This document shows positions 1 through 9,200 of a stretch of DNA of 64,000 nucleotides, one piece after another (position 1 is the first letter of the stretch; every line of letters begins with the position of its first letter). Both the position numbers and the translations under genes were made by a program. The notes under the pieces are model-generated. The model was not told the origin of the DNA and ran no database searches. It worked only from the letters and a program-made list of their open reading frames with translations. Source of the DNA: Phototrophicaceae bacterium. Lineage in GTDB: Bacteria; Chloroflexota; Anaerolineae; Aggregatilineales; Phototrophicaceae. The DNA is taken from NCBI GenBank assembly GCA_965262335.1, contig OZ253528.1:84237-148236 (forward strand), given 5' to 3'.

Positions 1-1232
1 AGGAACTATTAGATATCATCCGCGCTAATGTTCGCGTGCCCGATCAGGTGATCGGCGATATTTATGCCCAGGAAGTCGGCAATCAGGTCGGCGCGCGCAA
101 GCTGATCGAAATGCTGGAAGAATACGATCTGCCCGATATCGAAGAGATCTCCAGGCTGATTCTCGATCGCACCGAGCATGCCCTGCGCGCTGCCATAGGC
201 GCCCTGCCCGATGGTATCTATCGCAGCGCCATCACCATCGACGGCTTTGACGATCCGCTGGATATCGTTTGCGCCCTAACGGTGGCAGGCGATCAGCTGC
301 AAGTCGACTATGAAGGATCATCTCCACAGGTCGAGCGTGGCATCAACGTCGTGCTCAACTATACGCACGCCTATACCACCTACACCTTGATGGTGGCTCT
401 GGCGCCCGGAATCCCCAACAATGAAGGCGCATTCCGTCCCATTGACGTCCGCGCGCCGCACGGATCTATTCTCAATTGCCGCCGTCCCGCGCCGGTCAGC
501 GCCCGTCATCTGATCGGGCATTTTGTCAGCCAGCCGCTGCTGACAGCCTTGTCCGAGCTGATCCCGCAGCAGGTGATCGCCAACGGCTCGGCCGGTTTGT
601 GGAATACCATGATGGACGGCATCGATGAGAATGGTAGCGAATTCGCTTATGTCTTTTTCTCCGCCGGTGGCATGGGCGCGGCACACGACCGCGATGGGCT
701 TTCGGCAACGGCTTTCCCGAGCGGGATCAAGGGTGTGCCGGTCGAAGCGATTGAAACTGCCGCGCCGCTGCTCATGCATCGCCGAGAACTGCGGCCGGAT
801 TCTGGCGGTCCCGGCCAATTCCGCGGCGGACTTGGCCAGGTCATGGAGATGGAAATCATCACGGGCATGAACGCCAGTCATTCTTGCATGTACGATCGCA
901 CCGGGCATCCGGCTGTCGGCCTGTTCGGCGGCAAGTCAGGCGTCAGGGGCGACGTGCGTCTCTCGGATGGCGCGCATCCGCATCCCAAGAGTCATTACGT
1001 CTTGCGGCCGGGCCAGCGCGTGACATTAAAGCTACCGGGCGGTGGCGGATACGGCCTTCCCCAGCTGCGCGCTACCGAGCGCGTGCTGGAGGATGTGCGG
1101 CAAGGTTATATATCGGTCGAGGCAGCCGCAGCCGAATACGGCGTGGTGATCGATAGGGAATCTATGACTGTAGATGCCGCGGCCACGCAAAGGCGACGTG
1201 AGGAGAAGGAAAATGACCGCCAATCACTATGA
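1..1232 (+). CDS. Hydantoinase B / 5-oxoprolinase (HyuB) family protein, C-terminal ~400 aa; 5' end lies upstream of the window
   Basis: Frame is open from base 1 (tracked ORF 36..1232 only marks the first in-frame alternative start). Translation (..VVLNYTHAYTTY.., ..FFSAGGMGA.., C-terminal GGGGYG) resembles the hydantoinase_B family by recall. Confidence 0.75.
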   Translation, partial: ELLDIIRANVRVPDQVIGDIYAQEVGNQVGARKLIEMLEEYDLPDIEEISRLILDRTEHALRAAIGALPDGIYRSAITIDGFDDPLDIVCALTVAGDQLQVDYEGSSPQVERGINVVLNYTHAYTTYTLMVALAPGIPNNEGAFRPIDVRAPHGSILNCRRPAPVSARHLIGHFVSQPLLTALSELIPQQVIANGSAGLWNTMMDGIDENGSEFAYVFFSAGGMGAAHDRDGLSATAFPSGIKGVPVEAIETAAPLLMHRRELRPDSGGPGQFRGGLGQVMEMEIITGMNASHSCMYDRTGHPAVGLFGGKSGVRGDVRLSDGAHPHPKSHYVLRPGQRVTLKLPGGGGYGLPQLRATERVLEDVRQGYISVEAAAAEYGVVIDRESMTVDAAATQRRREEKENDRQSL

Positions 1233-2391
1233 TCTGATCGTGGTCGGATTAGGCGCGATGGGTTCTGCGGCGCTCTATCCGGCGAGCAAACGTGGCGCGA
1301 CCGTCCTGGGCATTGAACGCTTCAATCCGCCGCACAATTTCGGATCCAGCCACGGTGATACCCGAATCACGCGGCAAGCCATCGCCGAGGGCGAAATGTA
1401 CATGCCCTTCATCCGCCGCAGCAACGAAATATGGCGCCAGTTGCAAGCGATCAGCGGGCGCGAACTCTTCCATCAGAGCGGCGGGCTTATCATCTCCCCG
1501 CCACGCGACACAGCAACCTTCCATGCCCAAGGTGATTTCGTCACCGCTTCCGCCCGCGTTGCCGAAAAATTTGGCATCGCGCATGAAATTCTGGACGCGG
1601 ACGAAGTCATGCGGCGCCATCCGCTGCTAACCTTGCGCCCGATCGACCGCGCCTATTACGAAAGCGGCGCCGGAGTCCTGCGGCCGGAACGCTGCATTCA
1701 AACCCAACTCGACCTGGCGCTGGCTGCCGGCGCGACGATAAACATGCGGGAAATGGTGACTGCCTATGAGCCGAGCGCTGATGGCGTCAAAGTGCTCACG
1801 GAAAAGGGCAGTTACCACGCCGACAAAGTGATTCTGTCAGCCGGCGCCTGGATCGGCGATTTGCTGCCGGAGGACTATCGAGCCGGTATCCGCGTTTGCC
1901 GACAGGTGATTTATTGGTTCGAGGCGGAAAATATCAGCGATTTCTATCCGGAAAACTTCCCCTTTGTCATCTGGATCGGCGACAAGTTGGAGGAATTCTG
2001 GTCTGCGTTTCCGGCACCGCGCGATGGCATGCCTGGCGTCAAGATGGTCACCGAGCAATACCATACAGCGACTCATCCCGATCGGGTCAGCCGCGAGGTA
2101 ACAGCGGCTGAAACGGCAGACATGTATCACCGCTTGACCTTGCCGCGCCTCAAAGGTCTGCGCGAAAATCTTGTCCATGCCGATGTCTGCATGTATACCG
2201 TCACGCCAGACGAACACTTTGTCATCGATCAACATCCGCAATCCGAACGGGTGATCATCGCCTCGCCCTGCTCCGGCCACGGCTTCAAACACTCGGCGGC
2301 AGTTGGAGAAGCCCTGGCACAACTGGCATTGGACGGGCAAGCGCAATTTGATATTAGCGACTTTAATCTGGCGCGCTTGCGAATCCCCTAA
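1213..2391 (+). CDS. FAD-dependent oxidoreductase, monomeric sarcosine oxidase / N-methyltryptophan oxidase-like
   Basis: N-terminal dinucleotide fold YDLIVVGLGAMGSAA. C-terminal SPCSGHGFKH (covalent-flavin Cys context of the MSOX/MTOX family). ATG 1213 is preceded by GGAGAAGGA; the longer tracked start 1174 overlaps the previous gene. Confidence 0.75.
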   Translation: MTANHYDLIVVGLGAMGSAALYPASKRGATVLGIERFNPPHNFGSSHGDTRITRQAIAEGEMYMPFIRRSNEIWRQLQAISGRELFHQSGGLIISPPRDTATFHAQGDFVTASARVAEKFGIAHEILDADEVMRRHPLLTLRPIDRAYYESGAGVLRPERCIQTQLDLALAAGATINMREMVTAYEPSADGVKVLTEKGSYHADKVILSAGAWIGDLLPEDYRAGIRVCRQVIYWFEAENISDFYPENFPFVIWIGDKLEEFWSAFPAPRDGMPGVKMVTEQYHTATHPDRVSREVTAAETADMYHRLTLPRLKGLRENLVHADVCMYTVTPDEHFVIDQHPQSERVIIASPCSGHGFKHSAAVGEALAQLALDGQAQFDISDFNLARLRIP

Positions 2392-2451
2392 ACTAGCGAC
2401 AAACGAGGCGCTGGATCGCCTGCGAGTGTTGACAACTATCGGTCTGAATCT

Positions 2452-2477
2452 CCCCTCCCTAATGCTTTGGGGAGGGG
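2452..2477. repeat. REP-like hairpin: C-rich arm CCCCTCCC, loop TAATGCTTTG, G-rich arm GGGAGGGG
   Basis: Read directly. 8-bp stem in the intergenic gap between 2391 and 2500. The same loop sequence recurs at 49711..49731, and related hairpins flank the MITE copies. Confidence 0.6.
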
Positions 2478-2499
2478 TTGGCGGAGAGGAAGAAAAACC

Positions 2500-3303
2500 A
2501 TGCGACTTCAAGGAAAAACAGCCATTATAACCGGTGGCGCCAACGGCATCGGCGCGGGCTGCGTACGCCGGCTTGCCAGTGAAGCATCCAATGTTGTCAT
2601 CGCCGATATCGATGATAATAGCGGGCAGGCATTGGCTGCTGATCTGGCAGCTGCGCCCGCCGGTGTCATTTATCATCGCACCGATATCACGGAGCGCGCT
2701 GCGGTGGAAGCACTATTTGCTGCAGCTATCGACGCGTTTGGCAGCATCAATATTCTGGTGAACAACGCCGCCTTCGTGCATAAATCCGGTGTGATCGCCA
2801 ACTTCCTCGATTATAGCGATGAATCTTGGCAACTGACGCTGGCGGTGAATCTCACCGGCATGTTCTATTGCTCGCAGACGGCCGCGCGCCTCATGGCGAA
2901 GCGCGGTCAAGGTGGCGTGATCATCAATATGAGCAGCGGTGGCGCCTCACGCGCGCATCGGCATATGTTCGGCTACGACACCAGCAAAGGTGGCATCGAG
3001 GCAGCCACGCGGGTGATGGCGCTTGATTTGGCGCCGCTCAATATCCGCGTCAACACCGTCGTGCCAGGCAGCACCCGCGTCGATCATGGTACTTTCGTCG
3101 GCGATAATCCCATCCCGCCCTCGGACGTCATCCCGCTGGAGCGTCAAGGTAGGCCGGCCGATATCGCCGCTGCCGTGGCTTTCCTGGCATCAGATGACGC
3201 TGCCTACATCACTGGCACGCGCCTCATCGTCGATGGCGGTATGGACGCGCAATTGCGTACACCCTCGGTCGACTTTCGCTATGATTTCAGTGAGTATCGT
3301 TAG
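2500..3303 (+). CDS. Short-chain dehydrogenase/reductase (SDR)
   Basis: TGGANGIG cofactor motif, NNAA, catalytic YDTSK. ATG 2500 is preceded by GGAGAGGA. Confidence 0.85.
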   Translation: MRLQGKTAIITGGANGIGAGCVRRLASEASNVVIADIDDNSGQALAADLAAAPAGVIYHRTDITERAAVEALFAAAIDAFGSINILVNNAAFVHKSGVIANFLDYSDESWQLTLAVNLTGMFYCSQTAARLMAKRGQGGVIINMSSGGASRAHRHMFGYDTSKGGIEAATRVMALDLAPLNIRVNTVVPGSTRVDHGTFVGDNPIPPSDVIPLERQGRPADIAAAVAFLASDDAAYITGTRLIVDGGMDAQLRTPSVDFRYDFSEYR

Positions 3304-3357
3304 CTGATGGCCATCGCGGCCGCCGGGTAGCTCTGAGAAAACTAGGTCCGACTAATT

Positions 3358-3450
3358 CTCTTTTCTTAACAATCCGCTATGCTCGAACGAGCAGTCGGTT
3401 TGATATTTTGCGCGAGCACGGCAGACCTTATCGCTGCCGCCGAGCGGCTG
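3358..3450 (+). repeat. ~92-nt intergenic repeat family, copy 1
   Basis: CTCTTTTCTTAACAATCCGCTATGCTCGAACGAGCAGTCGGTTTGATATTTTGCGCGAGCACGGCAGACCTTATCGCTGCCGCCGAGCGGCTG is near-identical to 49612..49703. It contains hairpins TGCTCGAACGAGCA and GCCGCCGAGCGGC. Its 3' part overlaps the last codons of the minus-strand gene ending at 3428. Confidence 0.7.
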
Positions 3451-5386
3451 CGTCGCTTGCATCGCTGCTGTGCCAGGCAAGCCGGCCCGTCTCATCGCTG
3501 CGATACCCGCTCTGCGCCCCCAATTCTTGTTTGAACGCCTCGTCCTGCAGCACCTGCAGAAGTGCTTGTACGCCGGGTAATTCCAGGAATCGCTCTGGAA
3601 TCACCAGATCGAATCGCTCCCAAGTGATGCCGATGAAATCCAGCCCCATCGCCTCAGCCGCGCTGCGCAATCCCATGCCGCAAGCGCCGATGCCATCCGC
3701 GACAGCCGCCGCCACCCCCAGATGCGTGTACTCTACGTGATCGTATCCTTCAACCGCGTCGGATGAAATCTTATGTTCATCCAGCAAATAATCGAGGAGG
3801 ACGCGCGTTCCGGCACCACGCTGCCGATTGACATAACGCGATCCGCGGATATCCGCGATTGATGTGATGCCCTGTGGATTGCCGGCTTGTACTATCAATC
3901 CTTGTTCACGCTGGGCAAATGTAATCAATTGCACGGCTTCTTCGCGCAGATATTTTTTCAGATAAGGCACGTTATAGCTGGCCGATGCCGGATCAAACAG
4001 ATGACTGCCGGCGATATGAGCCTCGCCGCGCCGCAAAGCGATCAATCCGCCCAGCGACCCTACGTTGACCGACACGATTCGTCCTTCCGGATTGCTTAGC
4101 CGCAAATGCGTCGCCAGCAAATCCAGCATGGGATCGTGGCTGCCCATGATCATGATCGTTTCTTGGATCTGCCTGAGCGGGCGATACAGCGCCACATTCA
4201 AACTCGCGCCTCGGTCCACGCCCTCGTGGAAGCGCGGGATATGCGCCAAGCCGTCCGCCTGCACCAGGGATGTGATCACGCCGGCGCCGCGTTGCAGCGG
4301 TGTCGCCTGCATTTGTCCGTCGATCTGCGCCAATGCCACACGCACAAAATCATCATCACCGGTGGGCGAGACAATCTTCTGCGTCGAGATTGCTTCAACG
4401 GTCCGGACATCGGCCTCGCCCAGCCCCAACCATTGCCGGATCAGCGGTATGACCAAAAGCTCGCCGGTGAGCGCCGCGCTGACCGGATAACCCGGCACGC
4501 CAATAATGGGGATGTCCGCCACCATGCCGATGATGACCGGATGCCCGGGACGAACCGCGATGCCATGCACCAGCACCTCGCCCAGCTCGCCTATGGCCGC
4601 GGCGGTGAAATCATGACTGCCGGCCGATGAACCGGAGAGCACCAAAATCAAATCTGGCCGTCTGGCGACCGTCTCTTGCAACGCAGCGCGCAATTGGTCC
4701 AGTTCATCGTTGACGATATCCTCCATCGTGGCATCGCCACCCGCCTGGCGAATCTGACTGCCCAGGATCAAGCTGTTGTATTCGATGAGTTGCCCACGCT
4801 GCGGTTTTTGCTGCCGCGGGACCAATTCGCTGCCGGTAGGTATGATCGTAACTCGTGGTTTGCGCCGCACCGTCACCTGCGCGTGGCCGCAGCCGGCCAA
4901 AGCGCCGAGATCGACCGGTCGCAGCTTGTGATTGACCTGCAAGACCGTTTCCGTCGTTACCATGTCCTCGCCCATCAGGCGCACATGTTGCCAGGGCGCT
5001 ACAGCAGCGTAGATCAGCAAGCTGCCCTCATCGGACGGATTGACATTCTCAATCATGATGACGGCGTTGCTGCCTTCCGGCAATGCATCGCCGGTATTGA
5101 CCGGGTGCGCAGTTTGTCCCGGGACCAGGCTGACGGCTCTTGTCTCCCGCGCTTCGCTGGTATCGGCAGCGTTGACGGCATAACCATCCATCGCCGCGCA
5201 ATGATAATGTGGCGAGGACAAATGCGCGCGCACCGGCTCAGCGGTCACTCGTTCCAGCGCATCCGCCAGCCCGATGGTTTCGCCTGTCGTCGGCATGGCG
5301 CGTCCGGCAGCCTGCAACGCAGCTTGCAACGTCGCCTTTGCCTCTTCCAGCGGGATGTCTTCCAAATAGATGTGACGTTTAGCCAT
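3428..5386 (-). CDS. MoeA-like molybdopterin molybdenumtransferase fused to a C-terminal periplasmic-binding-protein-like domain
   Basis: 652 aa. The N-terminal ~410 aa parallel the adjacent MoeA (..MDGYAV.., ..GVPGYPVSA..). The extra ~240-aa C-terminal domain (..IMGSHDPMLDLL.., ..VNRQRGAGTRVLLD..) resembles molybdate/PBP-type binding domains. Confidence 0.7.
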   Translation of the reverse strand: MAKRHIYLEDIPLEEAKATLQAALQAAGRAMPTTGETIGLADALERVTAEPVRAHLSSPHYHCAAMDGYAVNAADTSEARETRAVSLVPGQTAHPVNTGDALPEGSNAVIMIENVNPSDEGSLLIYAAVAPWQHVRLMGEDMVTTETVLQVNHKLRPVDLGALAGCGHAQVTVRRKPRVTIIPTGSELVPRQQKPQRGQLIEYNSLILGSQIRQAGGDATMEDIVNDELDQLRAALQETVARRPDLILVLSGSSAGSHDFTAAAIGELGEVLVHGIAVRPGHPVIIGMVADIPIIGVPGYPVSAALTGELLVIPLIRQWLGLGEADVRTVEAISTQKIVSPTGDDDFVRVALAQIDGQMQATPLQRGAGVITSLVQADGLAHIPRFHEGVDRGASLNVALYRPLRQIQETIMIMGSHDPMLDLLATHLRLSNPEGRIVSVNVGSLGGLIALRRGEAHIAGSHLFDPASASYNVPYLKKYLREEAVQLITFAQREQGLIVQAGNPQGITSIADIRGSRYVNRQRGAGTRVLLDYLLDEHKISSDAVEGYDHVEYTHLGVAAAVADGIGACGMGLRSAAEAMGLDFIGITWERFDLVIPERFLELPGVQALLQVLQDEAFKQELGAQSGYRSDETGRLAWHSSDASDAAARRQR

Positions 5387-5399
5387 CGTTCTTCTTTAT

Positions 5400-5495
5400 A
5401 CTGCTTTTTTGATAAACTTCTATGCTGGCAAAAGCGGAAGCTTGATAATTTTGTATGAGCGCACTTGCCCTTAGCGCTGCCGCCTTGAGGCTAGT
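5400..5495 (+). repeat. ~92-nt intergenic repeat family, diverged copy
   Basis: ..CTATGCTGGCAAAAGCGGAAGCTTGATAATTTTGTATGAGCGCACTTGCCCTTAGCGCTGCCGCCTTGAGGCTAG aligns by eye with the 49612 and 3358 copies. Similarity is clearly weaker. Confidence 0.35.
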
Positions 5496-5506
5496 CCGCC
5501 GCTGGC

Positions 5507-6781
5507 CTAAAACCGAATCACCTCGACCAGGCTGCCGGCTTCCAATCCGCCCGAATTCAAGGGCACGCGCAGCAGTGCATCGGCTTGTACCAACGTGAAA
5601 ATCAGATTCGATTTGCCAAATATCGGTTGCGCCAGCGGATACTCGTCTTTCCCTTTCTGCAATCGCAGGGCCACCCAATCCTCACGGCCACTGACCGAAG
5701 CAATGCGCAGCCCAAGACGCGCGCGGGTCGTTGCCGGCGTTTCCAGCGCTTGACCGCCAAAGCGGGCGATCAAATGGGGTAAGAGTTGCCGCGCGACCAA
5801 GAGTGCCGAGACCGGATTGCCCGGCAAGCCAATCACCGGCGTGTTGTCACAGACTGCGATGATGGTCGGTTTGCCCGGTTTGGTTGCCAAGCCGTGCTGC
5901 AATACCCCCGGCTCTCCCAGACCATTGATGACATCACGGGTGTAATCGCGCGCCGAAACGGAACTGCCGGCGCTTAACAACAATATATCGGCAGCGGCGA
6001 ATCCGGCTTGAGCGCATCGGCGGTATTCCGCTAGCGAATCAGAGGCGATGCCCAGCGGCACGGCTTCGCCGCCAAGTTTCTCCGTCAAAGCGCTCAGCGT
6101 ATAGGCATTGATGTCGCGCACTTTGCCCGGCGGCGCCTCGGCATCCGGCGCGACCAACTCATCGCCACAGCTGAGAATACCCAGCCGTGGCCGCTGCAGT
6201 ACATTGATCTTTCCGATGCCGACCGCCAGCAAACCGCCGATGTCCTGCGGGCGTATGCGATGATGTCGCTGCAGAATCAGCGCCCCTTCCGCGACATCCT
6301 CGCCGGGTTGTATCATGTTCTCGCCCGGCGCCACCGCCTTCAAAACCTCGATTTCCCCTTCATTGACGCGCTGGACAGTCTCCACCATCGCTACCGCATC
6401 AGCGCCATCAGGTAACATGCCGCCGGTGTGAATCTGCAGTGCCTCACCTGCGCCGATAGCACCCTGCGGCACCTCGCCCATTTTTATCTCGCCGATGACA
6501 GCGACGAAGGCGGGCAGCGATTGGCTGGCGCCGAAGGTATCAGCCGCTCGCAGGGCATAGCCATCCATAGTGCTCTTGCGGAACGATGGCACCTGCTCCG
6601 GCGACAGAATGTCAGCAGCGACAATCCTGTCCAACGCCTCGGCTGTCGACAGCGTTTCGCTTTGTGGCTGTGGCTGCCAATGGGCATCCAGCAGATTCAG
6701 AGCATCGGCTACGGGCGTGACCTGAAAAAACTCGGGAGATGGCATCCTATCCTGATTCTCAACTGAAAGCTGGTTGATCAA
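5507..6781 (-). CDS. moeA: Molybdopterin molybdenumtransferase MoeA
   Basis: 424 aa with MoeA hallmarks (..STMDGYAL.., ..LLLSAGSSVSARDY.., ..GLPGNPVSA..). Start may be the internal Met at 6745. Confidence 0.85.
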   Translation of the reverse strand: MINQLSVENQDRMPSPEFFQVTPVADALNLLDAHWQPQPQSETLSTAEALDRIVAADILSPEQVPSFRKSTMDGYALRAADTFGASQSLPAFVAVIGEIKMGEVPQGAIGAGEALQIHTGGMLPDGADAVAMVETVQRVNEGEIEVLKAVAPGENMIQPGEDVAEGALILQRHHRIRPQDIGGLLAVGIGKINVLQRPRLGILSCGDELVAPDAEAPPGKVRDINAYTLSALTEKLGGEAVPLGIASDSLAEYRRCAQAGFAAADILLLSAGSSVSARDYTRDVINGLGEPGVLQHGLATKPGKPTIIAVCDNTPVIGLPGNPVSALLVARQLLPHLIARFGGQALETPATTRARLGLRIASVSGREDWVALRLQKGKDEYPLAQPIFGKSNLIFTLVQADALLRVPLNSGGLEAGSLVEVIRF

Positions 6782-6924
6782 CGGTAAGAAATTTTACCAC
6801 AGCCGCCCGCCGGTAGCGAAATGGACGGCCGCGCTCACACACGATATATCAAGCCTCTTGCTAGTGCCAGCACACTGGTTCGTCAAGAAAAGAGGCATCG
6901 AGCATCTTAGGCGAGTCAATCTAT

Positions 6925-7345
6925 GTGCTTGCGAAAACGGCAAATGACAGAAATAGGCCGAAAATGGGCAACAAAGGCGCAACAAAGGGCGGCAAAGGGG
7001 CAACCATCGGCGGCATCATGCCCTGATTTGGCAACAGGGTGTCAATACAGTATTGACATTATATGGGATTGCACCAGAATGGTTAACGATGCGCAGGGAG
7101 CGTGTCAGCCGGCCGGCGGCAACGAAAAAGTCGTCTGCGCTCACGCGAAACAACCGACCTCCGGCTCGTGCGAGCACGGCGATCTATTGAAAAAGTTGCA
7201 GGTTTACCAGGAAGGTTAGCGATGCGATTGCCATAGAGCCGAGCGTATCATCATCTTGCGAGAATCTGGGGACTAAATGGACGCGGTCTATTGCGAGTTG
7301 AGAATGATTGATGGTGACAGGCAGAGAAGCGGGTCCTGTCCTCTG
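6925..7345 (+). mobile_element. Degenerate, longer relative of the 39990/58335 MITE-like element
   Basis: The 3' ~140 nt (..AGCGATGCGATTGCCATAGAGCCGAGCGTATCATCAT..GGGTCCTGTCCTCTG) align with 40165..40305. It has an internal palindrome TCAATACAGTATTGA and GGCAA-rich short repeats in equivalent positions. The left end is not defined. Confidence 0.4.
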
Positions 7346-7383
7346 AATGTTTTGGAGAGGTGACCGGGCATGGGATTGCTAAC

Positions 7384-8202
7384 TTATCGCAAACCGAGCC
7401 GCCAGCTATGCGTATATACACGCATACCACCCTGCCGCACATAACCGATGACGCAGATATTCCAGGCCTGCGCCATCTCCACCGTGATGCTGGTTGGTGC
7501 CGTGCGGCTGGCCACAACCGGAATGCCCATGCGCCGCGCCTTGCCCAACATCTCCGAGCTGATGCGACCGCTCGTCAGCAAAATCCGATCTTGAGTGACT
7601 ATTCCGTCCAGCAGCGCCTGCCCAGCCACCTTATCGACCGCGTTATGTCGCCCGACATCCTCGGCGCTGATCAGCAGACCCGCCTCATCACCCAGCACCG
7701 CCGTATGCACACCACGCACGGCATTGTATAGCTTCGCCGCGCCTTGCAACTCGCGCATCAAGCGCTTGATAGTCACCGTCGATGTCGTGTATTCGCTTTC
7801 CAAGGCCGGGAAATTACTCGAGAGTACTTGCCCGGTCATGCCACCGCCGCATCCCGTGGTTAGAATCATGCGCCGCGGCAACTTGACCTCATCGTGCTTG
7901 AGGATGACATCGGCAACGCTATTCGGCAGGTTCAGTTGCAGCAAGCCGATCTCCGCTGCCGATTCGATCACGCCTTCGTTATACATGAAGCCGACAGCCA
8001 GCGCTTCCAATTGCAAAGGGCTGCACATCATCGTCGCCAGCGATTGCCCGTTGACATATATCGAAAGCAACTGCTCGTCGATCACGCCGCCTTCGACCTG
8101 CCGCACAGTCTCGCCTTCAATCACTTGATAGCTGAAGGGCACAGCGCCGATCAAAGTTTCCTGCACATTCCCTGTCACTATCTGTCCCTTGTTTGCCACC
8201 AT
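7384..8202 (-). CDS. fdhD: Formate dehydrogenase accessory sulfurtransferase FdhD
   Basis: 272 aa. ..LTTGCGGGM.. Cys loop and C-terminal ..TSGRISSEMLGKARRMGIPVVASRTAPTS.. are typical of FdhD. Sits in the fdh cluster. Confidence 0.85.
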   Translation of the reverse strand: MVANKGQIVTGNVQETLIGAVPFSYQVIEGETVRQVEGGVIDEQLLSIYVNGQSLATMMCSPLQLEALAVGFMYNEGVIESAAEIGLLQLNLPNSVADVILKHDEVKLPRRMILTTGCGGGMTGQVLSSNFPALESEYTTSTVTIKRLMRELQGAAKLYNAVRGVHTAVLGDEAGLLISAEDVGRHNAVDKVAGQALLDGIVTQDRILLTSGRISSEMLGKARRMGIPVVASRTAPTSITVEMAQAWNICVIGYVRQGGMRVYTHSWRLGLR

Positions 8203-8219
8203 CTGCTCTTCTCGCAGAC

Positions 8220-8927
8220 CTATTCGCTGTCAACGCGCCGCTTGCGCGGACGACGTGTGTTACTGCGCAGCTCTTCCGCGCTCCAACCCTGCTCCATACC
8301 CCATTCCACTTTCGGCTTTAGCGCGCCAGTCGGGCAGACGCCAACGCATTGACCACAAAACACACAAGGCGATTCGGTCATCGAAATATCAAATGCGGTG
8401 GCTACTGATGTCTCATGCCCGCGGTTCTTCAGCGTCAAGGCAAAGGTAAACTGCGCATCCTCGGCGCAGACCTGCACACAGCGCCAACACAAAATACACT
8501 GCTCATAATCTCGCACGTAAAAGGGATTGTCATCAATGACCTCCGCCTCGCGCCGCTGCGCGTCCGGGAAGCGCTCATCATCCGCAGTGTATTCCGACAT
8601 CATGCCCTGAATCTCGGGCGCCTGTTCCAGATTTACCGAGGCATTCAGCATTTCCAGGATGGTCCGCCGGCTGCGCTCGACGCGCTCGTTGCGCGTTTCT
8701 ACTCGAGAATCCGCTTGACACTCTGCCACGCAAGCCGGCTGCAAGACGCGTCCATTATCCACATCCACCACGCAAATGCGGCAGAGTCCGTTGGGTGAGG
8801 TCGCCTCGTGATAGCAGATGACGGGGATCTCCACGCCGGCCTCGCGCGCCGCGTCGAGCAGCGTCGCGCCTTTTGGGACTGTGATCTCTTGGCCGTCCAA
8901 TTCAAGCCGTATCGTTTCTTCGCTCAT
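8220..8927 (-). CDS. [2Fe-2S]/[4Fe-4S] iron-sulfur subunit (NuoG / FdhA N-terminal-module-like), stand-alone
   Basis: Plant-type ferredoxin start (IRLELDGQEITVPKGATLLDAA..CYHE..C..C) followed by CxxCxxC and CxxCxxCxxxCP clusters. ATG 8927 has an AAGGAG RBS; the tracked start 8963 is less likely. Confidence 0.8.
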   Translation of the reverse strand: MSEETIRLELDGQEITVPKGATLLDAAREAGVEIPVICYHEATSPNGLCRICVVDVDNGRVLQPACVAECQADSRVETRNERVERSRRTILEMLNASVNLEQAPEIQGMMSEYTADDERFPDAQRREAEVIDDNPFYVRDYEQCILCWRCVQVCAEDAQFTFALTLKNRGHETSVATAFDISMTESPCVFCGQCVGVCPTGALKPKVEWGMEQGWSAEELRSNTRRPRKRRVDSE

Positions 8928-9200
8928 TTCCCTGCTCCTTTTTGACGGTTGTGCTCGCGACACAGGACTTGGCCGTTTTCGATCAGGGTTTGACCGCCGT
9001 TGCTGTGGGGGAGTACATGGTCAGCTTCGAACGCTGACCAAGGCACTCGTGCTTCATGATCTGACATACCTTCAGCGCGGCATTTTTGGCAAATGCCATT
9101 GTCACGCAGATAGATGGCAATGCGATTCTTTTCTGAGAATGTGCGTTGATTATCTTTGGAGAGCAGCTTAAGGCCTCTTCGTTCAGCGAATCCAAAGAAC

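Noticed and set aside
6782-7383. Moco riboswitch in the long gap upstream of moeA, or upstream of fdhA
   Set aside because: I could not recognise the Moco motif by eye on the minus strand. Most of the gap is accounted for by the MITE-family relative. A covariance-model scan would be needed to exclude it.
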